Assembly (NCBI GenBank): GCA_013239625.1
Contig: MU053557.1
Coordinates: forward strand, 6,335,842-6,371,416
DNA from: Lama guanicoe
Lineage: Eukaryota
DNA length: 35,575 bases
Reading direction: 5' to 3'
A program made the translations under genes and the position numbers. Shown here in pieces: positions 25,264-35,575 of the stretch. The notes beneath the pieces were generated by a model. That model saw only the letters and a program-made list of their open reading frames with translations. It was not told where the DNA came from and did not search any database. Every line of letters begins with the position of its first letter. Within the stretch, counting starts at the first letter, position 1.

Positions 25264-28200
25264 AAAAGCAACTATCTTTGTCTTGCAGCTCTCTACATAA
25301 CAGAAATGTAAACACCCACATTGACCTGAGACTGAGCCTAATTAGCTCAATCAGGTAGAAACTGAAACCAAAGGGAAAAAGAGCTTTTTAAACTCAAACT
25401 GCTAAAAAGGCTCCTTCATCCAAAATCTAATTAATAGTCTCCATAAGGATTTATCCAGGACAAATATAAATCTTAAAAGTCTTCTCCACAAATAGTAAAA
25501 AGCCTTAGTCATCTGAGCAAATAAATTTAAGTCATTTCAACTGTGATTTACAAACTAGTAAGTTTATATTGTAATACCGGATTCATGACTAAGTTTTAAA
25601 AATGAAACTATAAGATCTCTGGTTATGTCTGTTTAAATGTCTTTGTGTGCATTAAACATGTATGTCTCTACCTTCAGATAGTATTATCAAAATTAAATTT
25701 GTAGAAGAGCTTTATTTAACTGACTTAAAAAGAAACGCTTACAAGTTAAGTATTTCTAAATGTAACAGAAACTAGCCCAAATGAATTTCAAGTTCACAAG
25801 ATCTAGGAAATATTCAATATTAAATTAATATTAGTTACTAAAATTTAAGTTTGTTGGTTTAACTAATATAGACATGTTACTTTTATTGCACCTAGGTTTA
25901 CTAATAGTTAAATAAGGTCATATTACCTACGTTATAAAATTTATCGGTAAGAAAAATGGCTGACTTGGTTTAACATCTCATAAATGTTTCATGTGTAATC
26001 TAAACACAATTGTTGGGAAAAGTGAATTAAATATATATAGATGAAATAAGAGCTTTTAAGTGATCTCTTTTAAGAATAAATATGTTTCATGGTATGTCTA
26101 CTTAAAATTAATTTCTCCAGATTTTTGGTAACTTGAAGCTTTACAGTTTTGCCAAGTTAAGCTAAATAATGAAAGCTTATTAAGTATCTATATCATTCCC
26201 AAATAAAATAAGATACTGAGACATTCATTGTTGAATACAGGCTTCCTTTTGCAGAGAAACTAAAGATATTTAGGACTACTAATAAAAATTTTTGGTGCTA
26301 CACTGAAAATTTTTCTATAAAAAAGCACACATTTTTAAATGTTTATAAGTTTGCCAACCTACAGAATAGTAATATAAAAGGGAGTTCATAGTTGCTTACT
26401 TCTTAGTTTTCACTAGAAATTAAAGTTTTTAAAAGTTAAGAATTCTAATTAATATATGTAGGTAAAACTACTAAAATTAATAAAGAGAACAACTTTATAT
26501 GAAAGGAAAAGGTATAAGGAATGGAAATGTATTTTGTTAAGGGAAAAGAAAATAATTTTTTCCTGGAGAAAGAGAAAGAAAGGGAAAAACATAGGACAAA
26601 ATCTGAAAGTAAAAAAGAAAGTTGTAAAACGGTTGTGGGAAAGGAACTCTGAGAAAAGTTCTACTCATGGTTAAGACTGGCTAAGATTAAAATAAAAAAT
26701 AAATTTTAACATCAAAAGCTGGTACAAACTATTATGCTATCCACCAGAAATTGACACAACATTGTATATTCACTATAATTCAAAAAACAAGTAAAAAAAG
26801 AAAAAGGTGGTACAAAAGTAGAATTTGGTTTTCTCTCTGTGTTAAGAGAACAAAATTTTCTTGGAATATTGATCTGCTTTTGATAATGGGTTGTAAATTT
26901 TCTTTACCATTTAAGTTATCTGTTGTAACTTTCTGTATTTATCTTTAAAATTGTTTATTGCCACTCTGGTTGAATGAATAAGTATTGTTTTGCAGTGATC
27001 TATGATCCTAACTGACCAAGTGTTTTAAAACCTTTTGATATCTTTGACAGACTCAATTCTAAATGAAGTTCTTTTGACCTCTAGCTAACTTTGGGATGCC
27101 TCAATGGAACCCTGAAACACCACCAAAAGAGAGAGATTAAACTAGTTAGGTTTATTTTCTATGTTTAATTACATGGGAAACATTGTCAAATAAGTGGCAG
27201 TAAACCTTCTTAGGTTATGCTGTATGGGTATGTATCATTAATATAGATATTACAAAAATTATATGGAATTCCTAAAAATCTGGTAAGTCTGGTATAATTA
27301 TTATCAGTCATAATTCTAGTTATATTAAAATGTTGTATGTCACAGAAATAACCAAGTTTCTTTGTCAGCTGCATGTAATCAGATCTTTAACCATGCCATT
27401 TAAAGTCATCTGTCATTGCTTTACTCTGATGCTTGAAGATTTTTCAAGAAGATTCATAAAAGGGACTTTTTGACAAATAAGGTTTCTAATGACTTTTAGA
27501 TCATATTACTAAACAGGGTAAGAAATTACAAAACTCTAATGGAAAACCTGATGCCTTCATCCAGATCAACAGGAATTAACTGCATAGGACTGAATAAACA
27601 GATAAATATGATTTATAATTTTATGACTTTTTGTCTGAACTATTACAGGCTTTTAATCTTTGTTTTCTAGAAAATTTTTCCTTTTATGCTAACTATGACC
27701 TACAACAAGTTGATAAAGTATACCTTTATAAATGAAGATGAAATATTTATCTTTTTCTCTCTGCCTGATCTGTCCAGAATTTGGCTTCTCCAGCTGGTTC
27801 CCCTCTGAACTTGATAGTTTATTGTGATTCAAATTACAACTACTTATACTAATCATTGTTTTAAATTGTTCTCTCTTCATTGTATTCAAAAGGTTTATGC
27901 TTTGTGTCTTTCTCTGGTGTACTATGAACTTATTAATGTTACTAGCTATATTACATATATCCTGTCTATCTCTTAAGATTGCTGTCTCTGGCTTTACCCA
28001 ATGTGTAATCAGGCCTCCAACAAAGTTAATGATGGCTAAATGTCTTGAGGCAATTGATCAGATATATAACTATATAAAATAATTGTAATAGTGCAACTCT
28101 AGATACAGGAAGAAGCAACAAGGGAAAATAGTTCCTGGATCATAACAGACTAGTAAATTAGTTGATACAGAGAATTTTGGGTTATCAACAGGGCCTAACC

Positions 28201-28335
28201 CAAAAAATAGACCATTGAGTGGCTTACCAACAAAATCCTAGTCTGATTTAGTAATGAGACTTCCTAGCACCCTGGGACAAACTGGTCATGAAACTGGTCC
28301 AAAACGTGGTCAATTTTATGACCCACAGGGAACAC

Positions 28336-28771
28336 TATAAACAAAGAATGGTGCCTGCCATTCCAGTTCTACAAAGATCAAGCCATTAGCCACTGCAGTC
28401 TCCCACTGACAGTGCACCTTGGAGCATTCAGGAAGCATTTTATGCTTTGGATACGGGCCCAAGATAGTCAAGATGTATATCTAAGGAATAATTTCAATGA
28501 ACTGAGATTCTTGCATCTTCCCATTCAAAAAAGGCACAAAATCATTAACTTGACATGTATGTTCTTCGTGATTAGCAGTAGTCTTTTCATGTTTGACTAC
28601 CTTTCTTCTCAGTTAAAAAACCTTCTGTATATTCTAATTCCTCCCTTATTTCTTTGGAGCACTTCCTCAGAGGCATCTGAGAGGCTGTCTCGCGGACTAT
28701 AGTTGTCAGTAAGGTTCCCGGATAAAGCTTAACTTGCACTTTTTACTTTATGTTTTTTCTTTCAGCTGACA
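28336..28771 (+). repeat. 3' LTR
   Basis: Starts TATAAACAAAG (TG>TA) after a decayed purine tract; ends CAGCTGACA, followed by the CATT TSD. Confidence 0.88.
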
Positions 28772-28829
28772 CATTGCCAAATTCTCATTTTTCTCTGTAA
28801 GAATCTTAAAAAAATTCCTGTTATTTCTT

Positions 28830-28977
28830 TTATTTTTTATTTTTTTTTAACATTTTTTATTGATTTACAATCATTTTACAATGTTGTGTCAAATTCCAGT
28901 GTTCAGCACAATTTTTCAGTCATTCATGGACATATACACACTCATTGTCACATTTTTTTCTCTGTGATTTATCATAA
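28830..28977 (-). mobile_element. Young, extremely 5'-truncated L1 3' end
   Basis: T-rich tail, then ttttattgatttacaatcattttacaatgttgtgtc; perfect 12-bp TSD ctgttatttctt at 28818-28829 and 28978-28989. Confidence 0.85.
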
Positions 28978-29549
28978 CTGTTATTTCTTAAAACAAAGAA
29001 CATTTCAACCCCTCAATGCTGAAGGACGCATCTCGGGATAAAGGACACTGTTTTAATGCTAAGAGTACTCCTCCCCTTTCTCGTTAGTCAAAGCTCTGTT
29101 CCTTTGGTTCCTCATTGTGAAATGATGAGTGCATTTATTGTTTTCCAGGCAAAAGGGAGGATTCAATGAGAAAAGGGACAAGTACAGGACCTGAATCACA
29201 GGTAGTGCCCCAGAGAGGGGGGCTATTTTTATTATATCACTTCATTACTAGAGGGAACTTGAAAGGTCATCTTGTTGAGCAGTACTATCTCACCAATCAG
29301 GGAACCGAGGCCCAAGAGGGGAAGGGACACAGTGAGTTAAGAGTGGTGCCATGGCAGGACTGAGACTATAACCCAGCCTAGGTCTCCTGACTTCCCAGCC
29401 TTGTTGTTTTCACCACTTCCCAAGCACCCTGAAATGCAGTAAAAACAGGAAGTTTATTTCATTCATTCAACAAATATTTGCCAAGTCCCTACCATATGCT
29501 GAATGCTACCGTAGGACCAGGAAGAAGGAGAACAAGCAGAACAAGTGCC

Positions 29550-29695
29550 TGTGCCTTAGCTAGAGCTGCACAACAGAGTACAGCAGGCCGGGTGGCTTAA
29601 ACACTAACATTTATTTTCTCACAAATTCCGGGGGCTGGAAGTCCCAGGTCAGCGTCTGGCACGGTCAGCCCCTGATGAGAGCTCTCCTGTAGAGG
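29550..29695 (-). mobile_element. MLT1 (ERVL-MaLR) LTR fragment
   Basis: gggtggcttaaaca...atttattttctcac...ggctggaagtcc hallmark. Confidence 0.75.
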
Positions 29696-29699
29696 GCCG

Positions 29700-29701
<2 letters not shown>

Positions 29702-29746
<45 letters not shown>
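29702..29746. repeat. (TG)n microsatellite abutting an assembly gap
   Basis: At least 22 perfect TG units, running into Ns. Confidence 0.97.
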
Positions 29747-29813
29747 NNNNNNNNNNNNNNNNNNNNNNNNNNNNNNNNNNNNNNNNNNNNNNNNNNNNNN
29801 NNNNNNNNNNNNN
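29747..29813. other. Assembly gap (67 N)
   Basis: Run of N bases. Confidence 1.
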
Positions 29814-30399
29814 CGTAGTAGATGCAGCTATGATAAGGACAAATGAGATCATGTCTGTAAACTACTTAGCACATGGGAAACATTCAATAAATATGTGCTA
29901 TTCATTCTCCTTGTTAATGATGAGTATGAATTACTCAGAAAACTAAATCCAAGTGGTCACACTATATTTTTCCAAACATTTTTATTCACACATTAGATTA
30001 TGAATGAGAATTTCTATTCTTTAGGGCTATTAATTTATAGTAGCCAAAAATCAATTAGGTCATATACACAAGAAAAAAGGTATCTTGGTTTAGATTTTTT
30101 TTTAAGAAAGAAAAATGACATGATTGCATTTTCAGGGAGCGATATTATTAATAATAACCAAAAGTTATTGAGTCACTTCTAAGTCACTTCTCAGCACTGA
30201 GCTTACATAGATTATTTCTAATTACAACCCCATGAAGCAAGTACTGTTATTATTATTTTTCTAATTGAAGTAAAGTTGATTTATGTTATATTAGTTTCAG
30301 GTGTACAAAATTAATCCCAAGGATTTAATGGACCTTTTGAAATAGAAAAGCTTTTTACACTAAGGCTGTTGAGAGAAAGGCCTATAATGAGGGGTGCTA

Positions 30400-30630
30400 G
30401 CAGTCATGTACCACTGTGTACTGTGTGTGAAGAGTGAACATGAATAGAGCCCACGCAGAGAAAAACAAACCTGAGAGATGGAAAGAGACTGAGTCCTGGG
30501 GATACCACTTGAGTAGCTGGATCCAGCCATGCCTGAAGTTACATATACACATGGACTTTTTTTTTTTGTTTTAAAAAATTGGATTGGATTTTAGTCACTT
30601 GCAAAGGAAAGAAAGAAATCTGACTAAACA
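30400..30630 (+). mobile_element. Old MLT1 (J/K/L-like) LTR fragment
   Basis: ctggatccagccatgcctgaag...gtcacttgcaa...ctgactaa. Confidence 0.65.
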
Positions 30631-30942
30631 TCAGTCATTGCTGGGAGGGCTTTTAGATATCATTTAGTCTAATCCCTTTGTTTGGTAGATGGAGAAACTG
30701 AGAGGAGAAGAGAAGTATCCTACTTAGAAGATAGGAGAATTAATGGCCGTGTTAAACTAGAATCCAGGTCTCTTGATTTACCTAGTCCACTAATTTCCAT
30801 GGTTTTCCATGACAGTTTCCTGGCATTCTTCTCTATGCTAAGACAATTCTCACTCATGTCTTTGCTACTCCCTTCTAACGAGGGGATGCCAGCCACCCTC
30901 TGCACGTCATCTTTCCGGCTCTGAGGCTGGGACTTCATTCAC

Positions 30943-31104
30943 CAGAGGTTGGGGAGGTTGAGGGTGATGCTCACCTGGGTGGTGGCCCCAAACTTGAGGT
31001 AGTCCAAGGCCTCGGAGGTCCTGGGTGGTGATCACCAACATCCCCCCAAATAGGATGAGAGGAAACTGGGCACAGTCCCACATCTTGTTTTCCAGAAGCA
31101 AAAC
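30943..31104 (-). pseudogene. SLC36-family pseudo-exon (exon-8 equivalent), frameshifted
   Basis: cattcacag|VLLLENKMWDCAQFPLILFGGMLVITTQDL /frameshift/ [23 protein letters not shown](W)|gtgaat, compared with SLC36A1-type [22 protein letters not shown]...[22 protein letters not shown]. It is 162 nt; that peptide needs 167 nt. Confidence 0.88.
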
Positions 31105-33590
31105 CTGTGAATGGAGTGGCCATAATTACACAGTGATCTCCATTTATGTTATCATTCTAAATTCATCAATTTCAGTCATGAAAAAGTTTGACAGAGGAAA
31201 AGAAAAAGCAAGCTCCAATACGTGGTGCCACTAGGCACAACAAACTGCTGAATTATAACAATGTCAACCACTAAAAAGACCTTAGGGGACTTTGAGTCCA
31301 GCCAGCCACACTCAGGTATCCTCTTCCATGCGCAGGAAGGACTCCACCTCTGAGCAGCCCTGTGGCCAGGGTTGATGATAATAGAAATTACCGATAAAAT
31401 GTTGCTGTTATAGACATTACTGATAAAATATATAAGCTGATGTCTTTGCAGGACTTGTGCTTTGGGCTCTGACCACCAGGAGGAGCACCTTCCCTAATTT
31501 TAGGTCTGGAAGCACAGGTGTGCAGACTACAGTATAATCTTCGGTTCCTTTTGTGTGGGGGTAGAGGGGAGACTTTCTGATACACCAAAATATGCAGCAG
31601 CTCCTGTCCAAAGGATGGAAAAGGAATATAAATTGCACTGGCACCTGGACTGAAGAAATTGTTTCCTTATACATGGTATGAGTTAGTTGTCTAGAAAACT
31701 CTCTACAATGCTCATCCTTTATTCCAGCTCCAGCTGTCTATAATCAGTAATTCTGTATCTCAGAGTAGTAGTGGGGGGGCATCAGCTCCGAATAATGGTT
31801 CAGGCAGCCTTACTCGTGTGTTGGGAGGAGTGGGGTGTGTGTGTGGGGGGTGTGAAATGTGTGTGTGTAGGGAGCAGTGGGGCAGTTGGTGATGGGGAGA
31901 TCCAGAGATAATCCTGTCAAAAGTAGAACTAAAAAGAAAACTGAAGATAAAAGAGGAAGACCAGAAGGAGCAACTGACATGGGACATTTGGTCTGGAAGC
32001 TGAGAGATGAGGGCTTAAGCCTTGGCTTTGGGATTTGACAGCCTAATGCTCTTAGACTAGATTGCTTCTAGCCCTCAGTTTCTGTGTGTAGATGTGAGTG
32101 CATTTTACATATATATACTACATACATACATACACACACACACACCCCACCCATATGTGGTGTGCATGTATTTTTTTCTGAGCTATATGAGAATAACTGA
32201 TGTGTTTTAAAGATTGTGTTCCTCTTGTGATTTCACTCAAAAGTTCAAAGGATAAGAAAATATTTGAAAACCTTTGCTAAGTTCCCTTTTAGCGCTGACT
32301 TTTTTCCAGTGCTGGATGAAAACAGATCTAGCACCCAAACGTGCCAATTAAGAGCATACCAAAGTAAACAGATTTTAAATATGGACACCATGGTGTTTAA
32401 GTAGGTTTACTTGTTGGCTGGGATTGTCATACAGATGTTTTCAGGTCTCCCATTCTACAGATGGACAAAATGAGGTCCATTGAAAAAAGCAGATTTGTTT
32501 AACACCCCATAGCTTTCTGTCAGGTATTTTTCTCTCTGGCATGTTAAAGGATGAGGGAGCTGGATGGCCAGAGATGCTCAGTCCTCTCATCTGATGCCTT
32601 CACTTTACAGATGGGGAGCCAGAGGCTCAGAAAGACTAATGGTGGTCATATTAACAAGGTCCCTTATCTAATACAGATAATGTGAGCAGCTATTATTACT
32701 TTGGTTCGTATGATAGGCCAGGCAATATGCAAAGTGCTTTAAACGCACTGTTTAATTCTCACCACAATCCTGAAAGCAGGGATTATTATCTTTAAGGATA
32801 AGAAAATTGAGGTTGAGGGCCTCTCTTGCTTTAGTTTCTCCTTCTGTAAAACAAGGAAGTTGAACTAAAACAGCATGTCTGAAATGAAAGTCATTTATCA
32901 TATATATGTTCTACCTGTATTATTTTTCTCATCAAGTCTGTTTTAAAGGGAAATTGATTTTAGGAAGAAGTATTATAGTGCAACTCTAAATCACCATGAA
33001 TAGAACATATCAACACAAATACATAATTTAAGAAAGTAAACAAGCATTACTCATCTCACCACTAAGTTTATCACTTGTACCATCAGAGGCATGGAGGCAC
33101 ACTTTGAAAAGCTACTGAATTAAAGGACTTCCTGGTCCAGTCCTATCTTTGTCTCTCCAAGGACACAGAATCCTGGAGGCTGGTGAGATCCGACACTTGA
33201 GAGCAATGCTCTTCAACAGACACTAACCATGGTAGGGAGCAACCACTAAAACTTCACTGTAAACAAGATAATCTCCAGGTTATTGACAGCAAATGGGACC
33301 CCAGGAGCCTCTGAAGGTTTTTCTTCTTTCTGGGAGCAGGGAGACACTTTCCCAGCCAGGGGAGCATTGATCTCCTGGGGGGTTTCCACGGTTGCTTGGG
33401 CAGGGGGGCCCTCATGTGATAAAGACTACCTGCAGAGTTCACACGCTGCATCCTATCTTTGCCTTGCTTTTGGCTCTTGAAAAGGAGAAATGGTGGAAGC
33501 TCAGCCCTTTGGCATTCAACAGGCTTTGTGGTCAGCAGCATTACTGAGTGCTTGGAAACCACAACATGCATGTATAAAGGACTTTTAGAG

Positions 33591-33990
33591 TGTTGTGACT
33601 CAAAGTGTGCTCAGAGGACCAGCAGCATCGGCCTCACCTGGGGGCTTGTTGGGAAAGCACAATCTCAGGTACCACCCAGACTCCTGAATCGGAACCTGCA
33701 TTGTCAATGTTCCCAGGTGGTTCGTGTGCACACTGGAGTTTGGGTGGCACTGCTCTGAGCTGCTGCTGACGCGGTTGGTCTGAAGACCACTCCTCACAGC
33801 AGTGCTTCAGAGTAATTACTCCCAAACTTGGCTGATCATCAGAATCAGCTGGGGAACTCTAAAAACCTCACAGATTCCTGGATTCCAAATTCCAAAGATT
33901 CAGATCCAGTACAACTGAGGCAGGGCTTGGGAATCTGTTACTAGACAAGGTCTTAAAGCGATTCTGATGCTTAGCCAGGTTTAGGGGAGA
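33591..33990. mobile_element. Cluster of MER5A1/MER5B-like hAT-Charlie elements
   Basis: ctcaaagtgtg...ggaccagcagcatcggcctcacctggg, and ccaaacttggctgatcatcagaatca...gattctgatgc. Confidence 0.75.
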
Positions 33991-34009
33991 TAACAGCTTA
34001 CATTTAAGG

Positions 34010-34210
34010 AGAACTTAACTGTGTACCAGGCAGGAGCCTAAGCTCTTTACATGTATTAATCCGTTTGAGTCTCACAACAGCCTTAGGAGGTAGGTGTTAG
34101 TATTAGTCTCATTTTCCACAGGGGAAAACTGAGGCACAGGAAAGTACCGTAATTTGTCAAACTTTGAAGTGGTAGAACTATAAACAGAATTCAGGTAACT
34201 CGGCTGTAGA
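34010..34210 (-). mobile_element. MIR SINE
   Basis: ctcacaacagccttagggaggtagg...gggaaaactgaggcacag. Confidence 0.8.
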
Positions 34211-34211
34211 G

Positions 34212-34304
34212 CATGGTTTTTCAGCTTTGGCACTACTGACATTCAGGGTGCCCTGTGCATTGCAGGATGTTTAACTGTGTCCCTGGCTTCCAAGCACTAA
34301 TTGC
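34212..34304 (-). mobile_element. Truncated MER20
   Basis: ggcactactgacatt...cctgtgcattgcaggatgttta...tccctggc matches the MER20 reverse complement; the match stops abruptly at the OR sequence. Confidence 0.75.
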
Positions 34305-34924
34305 TCTGCATTCACCCATGTATTTCTTTGTATCCAATCTTTCTTTTCTCGAGGTTGCCATTACGTCCACAGTGGTGCCTAAGATGCTGGCCAACACACT
34401 TTCTCTCACCAAAGCAATATCCTTCATGGGGTGCCTTGCACAGTCTTTCTTCTACTTTCTCTTGGTATCCACAGAATTCTTCCTCTTGGCTGTCATGTCC
34501 TTCGATCGGTACGTTGCCATCTGCAACCCACTAAGGTATACCATCATCATGAACAAGAAAACATGCGTATCATTGCTTCTGGGATCTTACGGGGGTGCAT
34601 TTTTGTCAATTTTGGCATCAGCAATATTAAGTGCTCCTCTGCCCTTTTGTGGGCCAAATGTAATCAATCACTTTTTCTGTGACAGTGCCCCTGTGCTAAA
34701 GCTGGTCTGTGCGGATATCTCTCTGGCTGAACTGGCTGACTTTGTCTCCTCTGCTGTGTTGTTACTGGGTTCCTTGCTCCTGACAGGACTGTCTTACACG
34801 TACATTATCATTACAATCTTTAGAATTCCCTCTGTCCAGGGACGGCAGAAAGCTTTCTCCACCTGTGTGTCGCATATCACAGTGGTAACACTTTACTATG
34901 GAAGCTCCATCTTCATCTACGTCC
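34305..34924 (+). pseudogene. Olfactory receptor fragment, OR6-family-like, TM2-TM6 only
   Basis: [38 protein letters not shown] and YGSSIFIYV motifs; no stops; lacks the N-terminus, TM1 and TM7. Confidence 0.9.
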
Positions 34925-35575
34925 AACGGACTCTTTCCTCTTCATTGCCATTGCCATCCTGTTTTCAGTGGCTCTGACAGGGAACATCACACTGATTCTT
35001 CTCATTCGAATGGATCCCAGACTCCACACTCCAATGTACTTTCTCCTCAGTCAGCTCTCTTTCATCGACATGATGTACATCTCCACCACTGTGCCCAAGA
35101 TGGCAGTTAACTTTCTGTCCAATAGTAAGACCATCACTTTTCTAGGCTGTGAGATTCAGACATTTGTGTTCACGGTCCTTGGCGGAACTGAAGCCCTTCT
35201 TCTTGGGTTCATGTCTTATGATCGCTACGTGGCCATCTGTCATCCTTTACGTTACCCTGTGCTCATGAGCAAGAGGATCTGTTGGTTCACAGTCACGTGT
35301 GCGTGGACCAGTAGTTCTCTGAACTCTTTAATACATACGGTGTATGTATTTCAACTTCCCTTCTGTCCATCTCGACTCATCAACCACTTCTTCTGTGAAG
35401 TCCCATCCCTGTTGCCATTGGTGTGTCAGCACACTTCTCAGTATGAACATACGATCCTCCTGAGCAGCCTTATTATTCTGTTGTTACCATTCACGGCCAT
35501 TGTGGCTTCCTATGCCTGTGTGATCTCTGTGGTTTTCCAGATGAGTTCAGGAAAAGGACAGACAAAAGCTATTTC
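34923..35575 (+). pseudogene. Olfactory receptor fragment, OR2AK2-like, N-terminally truncated, runs off the window
   Basis: Open frame [21 protein letters not shown]...[13 protein letters not shown]...[10 protein letters not shown]...[25 protein letters not shown]...[12 protein letters not shown]...[13 protein letters not shown], closely resembling recalled human OR2AK2; no start codon or N-glycosylated N-terminus. Confidence 0.88.

Larger units (their letters stand above)
18630..28771 (+). mobile_element. ERV1-class (MER4-group-like, non-autonomous) provirus with both LTRs
   Basis: Two similar direct repeats (18630-19084 and 28336-28771); outer termini TG...CA; 4-bp TSD CATT at 18626-18629 and 28772-28775; PBS-like sequence after the 5' LTR; gag remnant; long AT-rich internal region. 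Confidence 0.88.

Noticed and set aside
29649..29946. ORFs with HT/CV dipeptide repeats
   Set aside because: Translations of the (TG)n microsatellite and the N gap.
33254..33571. 105-aa minus-strand ORF near a ctgcag acceptor-like site, as a possible exon of the lost SLC36 paralogue
   Set aside because: No similarity to SLC36 exons or any protein I recognise.

Overview
Mammalian genomic DNA, probably camelid (inferred from a Vic-1-like tRNA-derived SINE). The left half holds coding exons 1-7 of SLC36A2 (proton-coupled amino acid transporter PAT2) on the minus strand: ATG at 15664, 281 contiguous codons, all GT-AG introns, 3' exons beyond position 1. Upstream lies a ~10.1-kb ERV1-class provirus (18630-28771) with two LTRs, a CATT target-site duplication, a decayed tRNA-Arg PBS and a gag remnant; an L1 and a SINE are nested inside it. 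Two things stand out. (1) A decayed, frameshifted SLC36-family exon (exon-8 equivalent, splice sites intact) at 30943-31104 suggests a lost extra SLC36 paralogue. (2) At the right end a three-part chimera joins a truncated MER20 directly to an OR6-family olfactory receptor fragment (TM2-TM6), which is joined out of frame to an OR2AK2-like fragment (TM1 onward); both fragments are stop-free. The rest is ordinary L1/L2/MIR/hAT/MaLR repeat sequence plus a 67-N gap. Gene and repeat family names come from recalled reference and consensus sequences, not from a database search.
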